Shown in pieces: positions 10,854 to 22,905 of a DNA stretch of 64,000 nt. The notes under the pieces were generated by a model, which saw nothing but the letters and a program-made list of their open reading frames with translations, was not told where the DNA came from and searched no databases. The stretch comes from a virus: the IMG/VR virus record IMGVR_UViG_3300020204_000008; one strand, given 5' to 3'. A program made the position numbers and the translations under genes. Every line of letters begins with the position of its first letter. Position 1 is the stretch's first letter.

Positions 10854-13800
10854 TTAGGCAACTGAGTTCTTTATTAAGTTGTTTTTCCTAACATTGAGAC
10901 GATCTTCGATCTCAAGGGAATATTGCACTTTATTTAAAACTCTGATAAAATTTTGTACTGAGTTTTCGTAATTTGTTTCACGATTATCAGTCACAGTCAC
11001 TTTAAGTGAAAAATTGCCAATGTCCTTGAACTTCCAAATAAAGAAAGGAACTGATTTTACTCTAATGACTTCTTCACCAGTCACGACATTAGTTAAAGAC
11101 CAGATAAAATCGTTTTTTCCATCTAGGTTATTAATAACGAAAAAGACTATTCCGTTCTCAGGCACGGCAAAGGTGTCTTTAAATAGCTTGATGTCGTTGA
11201 CATTAAACACGTTTTGATCAATAGTAGTCGGTATGAATCCATATTGTGTGTTATTATCAAAATACCAATAATCGTCTACCCAAAAGTTAGGATTTTGCAT
11301 GTTTCCAGAGAGAACATCACCAGTCTTTGCGAAAACAAAGAGGTTTTCTTCCTCAAACGAGGGATAATTAGCTATTAGATGATTGACTAAGCTTTGCGAA
11401 AACACTTTTTTAGGAGTAAAATAGGTGTATGCATCGCCGGTCACAGTTGCACCAGAATAGCTGATCGTGTGATATAGTTCCTTGCTTAAGAACTTTGCTT
11501 GAGCATGGATGTCAGTTCCGTCAATAACCGCATATCTAAATAGACTTATTCCAGGATGAATGCTTGCATTCATGATGGTACAAAGGTCATCAAGACTAGT
11601 AAATGCAGGTATCACGTATGGAGTAAATAATGAGATCTTAATAGTATCACCAGCAGTAGGAGTAAAGAAGTAGAAACCGGCTTCAAAATCATCAACGTGC
11701 ACAAAGCTATTTAGTCTCATCCAATAGAGTGAGCCTACTTCAATGTCTCTAAAATCCTTTAGTGTGATTGGAGTATCGTTTTCACCAAGGCCCCAATATC
11801 TTTTTTTAGGATGATTCTGTAGAGGATCGGTGTATGCAACATATGCTGCAGTGTCTACATCATAGAGATCAGCATCATAGATGTTTTGGCCCAGTCCGTA
11901 TTGATTTGAGAAAAAGGCTCCCCATTCAGTAAGATTCTTGTATAAGTTTATCTTTATTGCAGAATCCTCGTTATCAAGCACGTTTATTTTTGGATAGTAA
12001 AGCGGTGATGCGCCGAAATCTCTTAACTGTACGTTACTTAAGTTTTTAATTGAGTATTCAAACTTGTCCTCTAGTCTAGAAAAGGCCACTATTTCAGGTC
12101 GCATCTGATCAGAGACTTGGACGAAATTTGAAAAGACGCTCACATTACCGCAAAAGTCATATAGCTCAATCGTGATGCGATACTTGCCAGCAAATGGTAA
12201 AAAATGAGGCAGCTCGTATAGGTCAACTGTGCGTCCCCTGTGTTCAAAGTTATAGGGGTTTGGTCCAGGTTTAGTTATCTTCCAGTTGATCTCATAATAG
12301 TTTCTAAAATCTATATTCTCAAGGGTCCAATATGGGCCTATTCCTGGCGCAATCTCATCCAGATCATCTAATCTTACTCCCCTAACATCATTTAGGGTAA
12401 GCTTATCGATATTTGCACTAAGTACCACTGGTGCTGCTATCACTCGTTGAGGATCGTCACCGTATTCCCAGCTCAGTCGAGCATTCAGGTTTGGAAATCT
12501 CTGATCCCTAATGTTTTCATAGAATTCGGTGATGTAGTCAATCATGCCTGGAATCTCAGGTCGAGAATAACGCTGTTGATTTGAAAACGGATTGGTCTCA
12601 GTATCATTGAATCTGACCACTCCAAAGTCTACACCATTGGGATCTGCTTGTCGATACAGTGGATCTAGTGACCTAAGCACAAGATTGGTGTTTTCTCCTG
12701 GATACACCCCTATCTCTACTGACTCATTAAGCTGATAGTCTCGAATTATGGTAGAATCAGGCCAGTAATTAATAGTTAGTTTTTGAAAATAGATGAATTC
12801 TCCGATCACGTCCTTTATCTTAACGTTAATCGGAAGGATCTCATTCTTTAGTTTTTTCTCAAGCAAGTTTAACTTGTAGAATATCTCGTTTACAGTAAAA
12901 TCAGTAGTCTCCTCTATTAAGGGTATTCCATCATCATCAAACTCACCGGTAACCCGAGTAAACTCGTAAACTAGAGCTAGAAATTCAGTCTTTTTAAATT
13001 GCTTACCCGACTTAAGGTTGCTGTTTCGATCGACTAGGTCCAACGACTGAATCTTACCGTCGTCTAGATAGTCGGTGATATCCACCATTGCTAGTTTGTT
13101 AAAGTATGCTGAGCTCGAATTGATGTTTTGCCAGTATTCCTTTACTTTTAGCAGGTCTCGGTATCCCAACATGTTAACAAAATTAATGAGTCCGCGATAA
13201 GTACCTATGTATGGATAGATCTCTTCCTTAGTGACTAGAAGCTGTTTTCTTGCCTTGTTTAAGGCATCCATGTCGGGAAATGCCTCCTTAATATCGTAGT
13301 TTTTAAGGATATTCGCGTCCTCCCGTAAGAACCTGATTCCAAAGTTTTGGGCCCATACTCTAAACCTGTCCTCCTCTTCAATCCCTTCACCATACACGTC
13401 AAGCATGGCGATGGTGGTCTCAGTTGACCCATCGACAAGTTTGATTAAGAGTCGTCTTTCGTATGCGATCTCAGTGGTTGGACTAAATGCGATGTTTACT
13501 TGTAAAGGTAATTTTATGTCTAACGGAGCTGGGCTATTTGAAAGATCAGAATGGGAAAAAGTTACTAAGTCTGTCTTATTAATGAAATTTTCAAGTAGAG
13601 TGGTGTCTCGGACAACGTCATAGAAAAATACTTCATCGCTGTTCTTAGCGTCCTCCCAAACAAACTTTAGGGATTCTCCTTGAGCAAGGGTAGGAAACTT
13701 ATAGTTATTTGCGGAGATCTTTTCAAGCAAAAATAGGTTTTCGTTATCGAAAAGATACACTGAGATGTTTTTAAAGAATATCCTACCTTTCCATACTGAA

Positions 13801-13871
13801 TCAGTATTATCATGTAGAAAGTTTAAGTTCTTTCCAAACTTATCGAAAAAGTTTAAATTTTGAACATTCAT
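10854..13871 (-). CDS. Putative baseplate wedge-like structural protein with PKD/Ig-like segments (1005 aa)
   Basis: PYIGTYRGLINFVNMLGY segment typical of baseplate wedge proteins; GKYRITIEL and GNFSLKVTVTD PKD-like strands. Confidence 0.5.
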   Translation of the reverse strand: MNVQNLNFFDKFGKNLNFLHDNTDSVWKGRIFFKNISVYLFDNENLFLLEKISANNYKFPTLAQGESLKFVWEDAKNSDEVFFYDVVRDTTLLENFINKTDLVTFSHSDLSNSPAPLDIKLPLQVNIAFSPTTEIAYERRLLIKLVDGSTETTIAMLDVYGEGIEEEDRFRVWAQNFGIRFLREDANILKNYDIKEAFPDMDALNKARKQLLVTKEEIYPYIGTYRGLINFVNMLGYRDLLKVKEYWQNINSSSAYFNKLAMVDITDYLDDGKIQSLDLVDRNSNLKSGKQFKKTEFLALVYEFTRVTGEFDDDGIPLIEETTDFTVNEIFYKLNLLEKKLKNEILPINVKIKDVIGEFIYFQKLTINYWPDSTIIRDYQLNESVEIGVYPGENTNLVLRSLDPLYRQADPNGVDFGVVRFNDTETNPFSNQQRYSRPEIPGMIDYITEFYENIRDQRFPNLNARLSWEYGDDPQRVIAAPVVLSANIDKLTLNDVRGVRLDDLDEIAPGIGPYWTLENIDFRNYYEINWKITKPGPNPYNFEHRGRTVDLYELPHFLPFAGKYRITIELYDFCGNVSVFSNFVQVSDQMRPEIVAFSRLEDKFEYSIKNLSNVQLRDFGASPLYYPKINVLDNEDSAIKINLYKNLTEWGAFFSNQYGLGQNIYDADLYDVDTAAYVAYTDPLQNHPKKRYWGLGENDTPITLKDFRDIEVGSLYWMRLNSFVHVDDFEAGFYFFTPTAGDTIKISLFTPYVIPAFTSLDDLCTIMNASIHPGISLFRYAVIDGTDIHAQAKFLSKELYHTISYSGATVTGDAYTYFTPKKVFSQSLVNHLIANYPSFEEENLFVFAKTGDVLSGNMQNPNFWVDDYWYFDNNTQYGFIPTTIDQNVFNVNDIKLFKDTFAVPENGIVFFVINNLDGKNDFIWSLTNVVTGEEVIRVKSVPFFIWKFKDIGNFSLKVTVTDNRETNYENSVQNFIRVLNKVQYSLEIEDRLNVRKNNLIKNSVA

Positions 13872-13891
13872 TAGGACCGGATGACTTTAGG

Positions 13892-13900
13892 TTATTTATT
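13892..13900 (-). promoter_or_regulatory. Late promoter motif (ATAAATAA)
   Basis: AATAAATAAC about 20 nt upstream of the ATG at 13871. Confidence 0.6.
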
Positions 13901-13913
13901 AGATTGGATAACT

Positions 13914-14312
13914 TTATATGCTATATACTGAATTTTCTCCGCTAGTACTTATTGAGATGAATTCTAGAGTATCGTCTGCGTCAAGCCCAGTCTTTTTGTG
14001 GATCTTTTTCCACTCTTTAGCATAACCGTTTTTGCAGATCTGGGTAAAATAAGCGAAAGCGTTTGGAGAGATCATCTTGGTCTCATCAAAGCTCTTCCAA
14101 TACTTTAAGCAGTCTAGGATAGCTGACTGGATGCAGTCTTCCCGATCTCGATAATCCTTAAAGTAAAGTCGATCCGCTGCTCGGTTTGCAAGAGAGATAA
14201 AACAGTCTACTGAAAATTTTGAGAGCTCACCCGTCTTTTTACACTCAATGATGTCTGCTGTGAATTCTCTATTATTGATATAATGGGTGTCCCCTTTCTT
14301 TTTTCTAGCCAT
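13914..14312 (-). CDS. gp55: T4 gp55-like sigma factor for late transcription
   Basis: HYINNREF N-terminal motif and NAFAYFTQICKN motif resemble the gp55 family; small size. Confidence 0.8.
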   Translation of the reverse strand: MARKKKGDTHYINNREFTADIIECKKTGELSKFSVDCFISLANRAADRLYFKDYRDREDCIQSAILDCLKYWKSFDETKMISPNAFAYFTQICKNGYAKEWKKIHKKTGLDADDTLEFISISTSGENSVYSI

Positions 14313-14322
14313 TTATGCTTGA

Positions 14323-14982
14323 TTATTTTGAAAGCTGATAGATCTTTACTATTCCTAGCACAGAGTCTACCATGTCAATTACGGGAGAGAGTATTTTGTC
14401 TCCCTGGACTATCCATTTCTCAGTATTTACTGCTTGATACAAGTCAGAGCTCTTTATTGATTCTATTTGGGGCTCGCTCTTAAATTGATTAAATACGTCC
14501 ATTTTATTAGAGTTACCCTTGCAGCCAATAGCGTTTTTAAGCTCGCTAGGACTAAAGATAAAGAGTCGGTCTGCGCTGTTTTTTAGCACCCGAGTTAAGA
14601 GTTCATGTTTTAAGATTCCTGTTGATTGTGAGATATCGACTAGTGAGTTTCCTTTTGATCCAAATGAGATTCCTTCGATTGCAACGATGACTTCATCGTC
14701 GCCTACTTCAAGTAAAAGTTCAGTAATGATTTTAGAGATTAGTTCTTGATAATTTATCAGTTTTACACGTTCTGTTATGTGATACTCTGGATGAGTCTTT
14801 CTGACCGTGTCAGTCTTTTCAATTTTTATGTTAGGGTAGTTCCTTACAAGATAGTCTAGGTTTTCTTGATCCGCTTTTCTGATCTTGGTGTTTACTACCG
14901 AGAGCCACTTAAACTCTTTAAAATCCTTACAAATACAAATACCCGGATAGAGTATTGAAAAATCGATACTGACAATGGTCAT
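14323..14982 (-). CDS. RuvC-like Holliday junction resolvase/nuclease
   Basis: RNase H fold acidic motifs: VSIDFS, VAIEGISFGS, SPSELK, DMVDS. Confidence 0.75.
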   Translation of the reverse strand: MTIVSIDFSILYPGICICKDFKEFKWLSVVNTKIRKADQENLDYLVRNYPNIKIEKTDTVRKTHPEYHITERVKLINYQELISKIITELLLEVGDDEVIVAIEGISFGSKGNSLVDISQSTGILKHELLTRVLKNSADRLFIFSPSELKNAIGCKGNSNKMDVFNQFKSEPQIESIKSSDLYQAVNTEKWIVQGDKILSPVIDMVDSVLGIVKIYQLSK

Positions 14983-15014
14983 TCATGACTGATAATTTTT
15001 AAAACCTGATAGTA

Positions 15015-15041
15015 TTGTACTTAGGATCCTTTAAGAGTTTT
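15015..15041 (-). promoter_or_regulatory. Early/middle promoter motif AAAAC-N16-GTACAA
   Basis: Bipartite motif with fixed spacing, recurring upstream of non-structural genes. Confidence 0.55.
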
Positions 15042-15269
15042 TACCTGCTAGATAATATTTATCTAGAATTCAAAACCAAAATTAAGTAACATGATTCGAA
15101 ATTTTCGACCCTCTATCTTAAAAGATAAATTAAGTTCTAATTCAAATACAGTTATCTTACCTAATCGTACAGTTATGTTATACTTTCTCTTTTTATTACC
15201 ACTCTTCCAAGAATTTATCCAATTAACCATCTTAATTTATTATTTTCTATTTTTTTTTATTTATTCAAT

Positions 15270-15297
15270 AAAACCCATTAGCTTTACGCAAGTATAA
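15270..15297 (+). promoter_or_regulatory. Early/middle promoter motif AAAAC-N17-GTATAA
   Basis: Same bipartite motif, divergent from the 15015-15041 copy. Confidence 0.5.
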
Positions 15298-15444
15298 TAG
15301 GGATGGTGGGTGGGAGTACTTTATAGTACTATCATAGTAAATATTACTTCTATTCTTACTTACTTAATTACTATAAAGATACTTTAGTAGTACTCGCGCA
15401 CGGAAAATTTTTAAAGTAGGAAAAAAAAAGAGTACTATAACCCT

Positions 15445-16392
15445 ATGAGACTAGGATATTGTTGTATAAATCTAAGCCTGAAGGATCAGGGAATTAGTAC
15501 TAATCGAGGTATGATACGTAAGACTTTTGATGAAAAAGGGCTTAACTATGTCAGCGAGCTCATCATACAGAACCTATCGGACTTGATCACAATACTTAAT
15601 TGGAATTGGTCAAATGGGATTTTTGTGTATCGTATGTCAAGCGATCTCTTTCCATGGATGAGCGAGTATCAACTTGAAGAACTTCCTAAGTATGACGTGA
15701 TCAGCAAGCTTGCAGCGGTCGTTGGCGAAACTGTCTCCATTGCAGGCATGCGGATCTCCTTTCATCCAGGACAGTTTGATGTGTTGGCTTCACCGAATCC
15801 AAACGTGGTCGACAAGACCATCTATGACTTGGATCAGCACGCTCGTATCATGGATCTTATGGGTTTACCTCAAGACCATCGAGCTCCGATCAATATTCAC
15901 GTCGGCGGTTCGTATGGTGACAAGGTGACTGCAATGGAACGTTTTTGTGAAAACTTCAAAAGCCTTGCCCCCTCTACTCAAGCTAGGTTAGTGGTCGAAA
16001 ACGACGATAAGGCTAGTCAGTTCTCAGTAAAAGACCTTTATTATGGCGTCTATCGAGTTGTGGGGTGCCCAATCACCTTCGATCACCTACACCACCGTTT
16101 CTGTACAGGCGATCTTACAGCAAGCGAGGCCGCTCATTTAGCCGCCTCTACATGGCAAGGCTTCGTTCCAGTACAACACTATTCAAGTTCCAAAGCCTTA
16201 TATGAGGACTCTACTGTGATCAATCGTTCCCATGCGGACTACGTATACGAGACTATTCCAGACTATGGCTTTGAAGTAGACGTCGAAGTTGAGGCTAAAG
16301 CCAAAGACTTAGCTGTGTTACGTTACCTTGCTGGAGAAGGAATAGTAGAGGAAGAACTTAAATTTCAATTTGAAGAAAATAAAAAAACCTAA
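15445..16392 (+). CDS. uvsE: UV damage endonuclease (UvsE/UVDE)
   Basis: MRLGYCCIN, YRMSSDLFP, SFHPGQF, NIHVGG, LVVENDD, TFDHLHH, HADYV, EVEAKAKD motifs. Confidence 0.95.
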   Translation: MRLGYCCINLSLKDQGISTNRGMIRKTFDEKGLNYVSELIIQNLSDLITILNWNWSNGIFVYRMSSDLFPWMSEYQLEELPKYDVISKLAAVVGETVSIAGMRISFHPGQFDVLASPNPNVVDKTIYDLDQHARIMDLMGLPQDHRAPINIHVGGSYGDKVTAMERFCENFKSLAPSTQARLVVENDDKASQFSVKDLYYGVYRVVGCPITFDHLHHRFCTGDLTASEAAHLAASTWQGFVPVQHYSSSKALYEDSTVINRSHADYVYETIPDYGFEVDVEVEAKAKDLAVLRYLAGEGIVEEELKFQFEENKKT

Positions 16393-16427
16393 TTTTTATT
16401 TTTAGTTATAATAAAAAAAAACATAAA

Positions 16428-16736
16428 ATGAAAATAATCATACTGGTAGCCTTAATTTTTACTTCTTGTGGAATTAATAAATCGATAACTTGTAAACAAG
16501 ATAGTTTTGTTTTAATTAAGTGGAAAAAAGCAAATAGCACGTTTGACGTCTACTTAGAAGACTCTCTAGTCGTACAGAATATACCTTGTGACGGAACAAA
16601 TAACTTATATTTACATAATTATTCTGAAGGAGAATATCTTTTCATCTTTAAAAAAGACGGGAGAGTCAACGAAAAACGAATAATTAATATTTCTTCACAG
16701 ATTGACGATGAAACGAGTAGTTTGCATAAACGATAA
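16428..16736 (+). CDS. Putative lipoprotein
   Basis: Signal peptide plus lipobox MKIIILVALIFTS-C. Confidence 0.55.
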   Translation: MKIIILVALIFTSCGINKSITCKQDSFVLIKWKKANSTFDVYLEDSLVVQNIPCDGTNNLYLHNYSEGEYLFIFKKDGRVNEKRIINISSQIDDETSSLHKR

Positions 16737-16956
16737 GAACCAGCCCGAGGGAGCCTGTGTAGTTGAAGGAGCCGAATACCTCGTGGAAAAAGAGTACCAT
16801 AATGCTCTAGACCAAAGGGTTTATATCATTAGCGGAATCAACAACGAGGGTATCACTAAGATGGGTATGCGGTGGATCGGATATGATTCATCCAGGTTTA
16901 GAGTAACAGAAGACTCTAAATCAACTAAGAAAGAATATGAATTTGCATTAAATTAA
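16708..16956 (+). CDS. Hypothetical phage protein
   Basis: ORF starting MKRVVCIND, tightly packed in operon. Confidence 0.6.
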   Translation: MKRVVCINDKNQPEGACVVEGAEYLVEKEYHNALDQRVYIISGINNEGITKMGMRWIGYDSSRFRVTEDSKSTKKEYEFALN

Positions 16957-16959
16957 AAA

Positions 16960-17469
16960 ATGGGAACCAATTATTACAGAATACCAAAGGTCGCTGAGAT
17001 GGAGGCTAAAAAAGAAAAGCTTGCTCAGCGATTACAAGAACTAGACATGAGTCTAGGAACGATTGAGAGAGGCTTTTGCACTTTAGAAAATAGTGAATCT
17101 TCCTGGAGCCATCACTCACCGTGGTCAGAGTTTTTAGAGGACACAAGCATTCACTTAGGTAAAAGAAGCATGGGTTGGAAGTTCTGTTGGAACTTTCACA
17201 ATAAGAAATACTATGGAAACAGGGACGAACTATTAGATTTTATTCGTACCGGTCGAGTCGTAGACGAATACGGAACGGAACAAAAAGTTGAAGAATTCAT
17301 TAAGATGGCTCTTGAATGGGGCCAACCTGATGGATTCATCAATGGTCCTGAATACATCAAACACATGAAAAAAGAAGGTTACTATCGAGACTATGGATAT
17401 GATGTCACAAAACATTTTGACCAGCTCATCGATGGGCTTAGAGTATCGTCCTCAACTGAATTTAGCTAA
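16960..17469 (+). CDS. Hypothetical phage protein
   Basis: MGTNYY...IHLGKRSMGWKF...VVDEYG pattern; operon context. Confidence 0.65.
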   Translation: MGTNYYRIPKVAEMEAKKEKLAQRLQELDMSLGTIERGFCTLENSESSWSHHSPWSEFLEDTSIHLGKRSMGWKFCWNFHNKKYYGNRDELLDFIRTGRVVDEYGTEQKVEEFIKMALEWGQPDGFINGPEYIKHMKKEGYYRDYGYDVTKHFDQLIDGLRVSSSTEFS

Positions 17470-17470
17470 G

Positions 17471-17620
17471 ATGGCACACATTAGTTTTTTAGCATATAAG
17501 TTAGCATCAATCACTGATTATCAGATCACATCGCTTAAACCAACTTCTGTTGACCTTGATCAAGCCCAAAGGATGTTTGATTTACATGTCGATAAAAATT
17601 ACAAAGAAAATGGAAATTAA
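17471..17620 (+). CDS. Small hypothetical protein
   Basis: ATG right after the previous stop; fills the gap exactly. Confidence 0.45.
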   Translation: MAHISFLAYKLASITDYQITSLKPTSVDLDQAQRMFDLHVDKNYKENGN

Positions 17621-18218
17621 GTTTACCGACGGTTTTTTTGACTTAGTACAAAAGATAATTAATCGTCAACTATGGTACTGGAAATTATTGGACTTTTTTC
17701 GATATGACCTAGTACAAGGAATCAAGAATATCTTTTTTTTCTGGAATGTGATCTGGAGATATCGATCTTGGGATTCCAGTTTTCAGATGAGGCTCTTAGC
17801 TAAATCACTAGAGCCTTTAGCTCATACATTAGAACACCACGGTAACGAAGTAGACGGGCCTAGAATGAAAAAAGTAGCCGCGATTAAGAGGGCAATCGAG
17901 ATACTTAATAGGCAATCAAACGATGATTATCTTGAATTGGCTGAAAAGGAATTAGGGTATAAAGTAAACCTAAATTATGGTATTACTGGTGATGGTGAAC
18001 CCAAAGTCATCACTGAGAAAAACCGTAAGCTCTTTGATCTTTCTCATGAATTAGAAGATAAAGAATGGAAGGAACTTTGGAAGATATTTGAAGGCCAAGA
18101 ACACACTCACTATATCATGCTCCTAGATAAAGCAAAATCCGAAAATAGTAGCACTGGGTCAGAGGACATTTGGAATCAGTGGTTTAACGGAAGCGGCATG
18201 AAACACTGGTGGGATTAA
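17610..18218 (+). CDS. Hypothetical phage protein
   Basis: ORF ending GSGMKHWWD; start re-assigned to ATG 17610. Confidence 0.65.
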   Translation: MEIKFTDGFFDLVQKIINRQLWYWKLLDFFRYDLVQGIKNIFFFWNVIWRYRSWDSSFQMRLLAKSLEPLAHTLEHHGNEVDGPRMKKVAAIKRAIEILNRQSNDDYLELAEKELGYKVNLNYGITGDGEPKVITEKNRKLFDLSHELEDKEWKELWKIFEGQEHTHYIMLLDKAKSENSSTGSEDIWNQWFNGSGMKHWWD

Positions 18219-18232
18219 AAAAATAGAAGATA

Positions 18233-18352
18233 GTGAAAACATTAGGTATCATTTCTGCGGCATGCATAATTACTTTCTTAGTAATCGTTCTAATAATTGA
18301 AATAGTTAGAAAGATCTACGATGAGGCAGACGACTTGGATAATAATCAGTAA
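18233..18352 (+). CDS. Small single-pass membrane peptide (39 aa)
   Basis: GTG start; hydrophobic stretch LGIISAACIITFLVIVLII; fills intergenic gap. Confidence 0.45.
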   Translation: MKTLGIISAACIITFLVIVLIIEIVRKIYDEADDLDNNQ

Positions 18353-18363
18353 AAATAAAAACA

Positions 18364-19098
18364 ATGTATACACCAACTGACTTAACAAAAATCGTGTTCT
18401 TTGATTTGGAAACAGCATCCGAATACGAATCCCTAGATCAATTAGCCTTTAATAAACCTAAGATGGCTGAATTATGGTCTAAAAGATGTGAGTATCTTCG
18501 CTCTAGATTTGAAGAAAATAAAGACATGACAGACGAGGAGCTATATCAAGCAAAAGCTGCCTTGACTCCAGAGTTTGCCAGAATAGTATGTGCTACATTC
18601 GGTAGAGTCACTTTTATTGGAGAGGATCCTAACGTGATCGTCAAGAGTTATTGTTCTCAACAAGAAGATGAGGTTTTAGACGGAATCCAAAAAGTGTTTG
18701 ACAAGTTTGCCTCTCTTAAGTTTTCAGGCCATAACATTAAGCGTTTTGATATTCCAATGATGTGCAAAAGACTCTTGATTCATGGGCGATCCTTACCTAA
18801 AGGATTACAGATTCAAAACCTAAAACCTTGGGAGATGCCATTTATCGATACTTCTGAACTATGGAGCTTTGGTGCTTGGCAGGAAGGATTTGTTTCTCTT
18901 GAGCTATTAGTAACTGCAATCGGTCTTGAGACACCTAAGGGAGACATTAAAAGCGAAGAGGTGAGCCGATTTTTTTGGCAAGATGAGGATACTCAACGTA
19001 TTGCTGAATACTGTCAGCGAGATGTTTTTGCTGGAATTCAAGCTCTCTTAAAACTTTCAGGACTTACCGTAGTAGAAGAATTTGAGGCACAGCCATAA
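18364..19098 (+). CDS. Stand-alone DEDD 3'-5' exonuclease (PolB-exo/DnaQ-like)
   Basis: FFDLET (ExoI), GHNIKRFDIP (ExoII), YCQRDV (ExoIII). Confidence 0.85.
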   Translation: MYTPTDLTKIVFFDLETASEYESLDQLAFNKPKMAELWSKRCEYLRSRFEENKDMTDEELYQAKAALTPEFARIVCATFGRVTFIGEDPNVIVKSYCSQQEDEVLDGIQKVFDKFASLKFSGHNIKRFDIPMMCKRLLIHGRSLPKGLQIQNLKPWEMPFIDTSELWSFGAWQEGFVSLELLVTAIGLETPKGDIKSEEVSRFFWQDEDTQRIAEYCQRDVFAGIQALLKLSGLTVVEEFEAQP

Positions 19099-19099
19099 A

Positions 19100-21483
<2,384 letters not shown>

Positions 21484-21504
21484 GACTGACCAAGATTAAA
21501 AGTG

Positions 21505-21532
21505 AAAAGAGATAGGAAACTATCTCTTTTTT
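21505..21532 (+). terminator. Intrinsic terminator
   Basis: AAAAGAGATAG-GAAA-CTATCTCTTTT followed by T-run. Confidence 0.85.
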
Positions 21533-21542
21533 ATTTTTATAA

Positions 21543-21569
21543 AAAACTTTATTCTTTAAATTTGTATAA
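21543..21569 (+). promoter_or_regulatory. Early/middle promoter motif AAAAC-N16-GTATAA
   Basis: Directly after a terminator, upstream of the S1-like gene. Confidence 0.6.
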
Positions 21570-21588
21570 ATTATAAATTAATCTAAAA

Positions 21589-22752
21589 ATGACAACACCA
21601 GATCCATTTAAAATTGTAAGTAAATACAATACTGAGGTAACTCTCACGCCAGATGACAAGAACTCTGGAGTAAAGATATATTGCCAAGAAGACTATGCTC
21701 AAGAGCTATATGATCGAATGAATAAACTTGAGAGCACCGGACAGTTGCACACAGCCAATAAGGATCTTGAAGAAAACGGAGTATATCGAGTAAAAGCAAA
21801 TCTAATCTCATTTGAGGATAAATTAATCCACGCAGAAGAAATTGGATCCAAGACTCCAGTAATAATTCCATTTAGAGAGTATTCAAAGGATCTTGAAGTT
21901 CTTTCTAGAGGCGAAGGCCGAGAGTTCTTAATCATGGTTTATAAATCAACTAAACACGGAGAAAATTATGGATCTGAAAGAAAAGCTATCTCCATCTCGT
22001 ATAAACAAGAATTGTTTGACCACCTTAAAGAAAACACTTGGTTTGATGTTACCATCACAAAACTAATAAAAGGAGGATATTTAGCAGTCTATAAAAAAGA
22101 GATTGAATGCTTTATACCTGGATCACATGCAGCAGCAAATGTCGTTCATAACTTTAATGACATGTTAAACAAGACTCTAACTGTCATGGTGGACAACTAC
22201 GATCAAACTAATGATCTATTCATACTTTCATACAAAAAATACGTAACTCAATCCATGCCAACCATGATTGAGAACCTAGAATTTAATCGAGAATATCAAG
22301 GAGTTCTTACTAATAAACCATACGATTTTGGAGTGTTTGTTGAGATCGACGGCTACTTTACTGGTCTAGTTCACCAGACCGAATTTGAAAATTACGATGT
22401 TATCAGAAAGACCCTAAAGACCGGTGATAAATTAAACGTGTTTGTAAAAGATATCACCACAAAAGGTGGTCAGTTTAGAGTAGTTCTTACCCTAAATTCT
22501 AAAAGCGTAAATGCTGAAAAACTTGCATGGCAAAAACTTAGAGAAAAGACAGAGACTAAAAGCTTTGCATACGATGTTGATCCTAAGAAAAATTCAATTT
22601 CAATCTATATCGATGGTGAAAACTATGAAGTCTCCCTAAAAAGAAAAGATCTTGAAAAGAACTTAAGTCGATTCCCATATGTTAAGGTTTCTAAAGTAGA
22701 TGTCTTAAATAAGAGCTTAAAGTTTGAATTTGTTGAGGACTCTGAAAATTAA
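21589..22752 (+). CDS. Ribosomal protein S1-like, multi-S1-domain RNA-binding protein
   Basis: S1/OB repeats: IKGGYLAVY...CFIPGSH and KPYDFGVFVEIDGYFTGLVHQTE...LKTGDKLNVFV. Confidence 0.85.
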   Translation: MTTPDPFKIVSKYNTEVTLTPDDKNSGVKIYCQEDYAQELYDRMNKLESTGQLHTANKDLEENGVYRVKANLISFEDKLIHAEEIGSKTPVIIPFREYSKDLEVLSRGEGREFLIMVYKSTKHGENYGSERKAISISYKQELFDHLKENTWFDVTITKLIKGGYLAVYKKEIECFIPGSHAAANVVHNFNDMLNKTLTVMVDNYDQTNDLFILSYKKYVTQSMPTMIENLEFNREYQGVLTNKPYDFGVFVEIDGYFTGLVHQTEFENYDVIRKTLKTGDKLNVFVKDITTKGGQFRVVLTLNSKSVNAEKLAWQKLREKTETKSFAYDVDPKKNSISIYIDGENYEVSLKRKDLEKNLSRFPYVKVSKVDVLNKSLKFEFVEDSEN

Positions 22753-22905
22753 TTTCTAAAAGAGCTCTCATCCAAATGGAGGTCAAGATAAATAACTTAG
22801 AACTAGTTCAGTTCAATCTAGATTAACGACGCGACATTAAAAAAATTAACAATTAGCCCAGCTGATGTATAGGCTGATCTGTCTAAAAAAAACAAGTAAA
22901 AGAGT

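Noticed and set aside
318-13623. Numerous short plus-strand ORFs in the track
   Set aside because: They are antisense shadows of long minus-strand structural genes; the same applies to shadow ORFs over groEL, nrdA, sheath, gp46 and topoisomerase
15091-15297. 68-aa ORF in the divergent intergenic region
   Set aside because: Low-complexity F/L/I-rich translation of an AT-rich tract that overlaps a promoter motif; probably spurious
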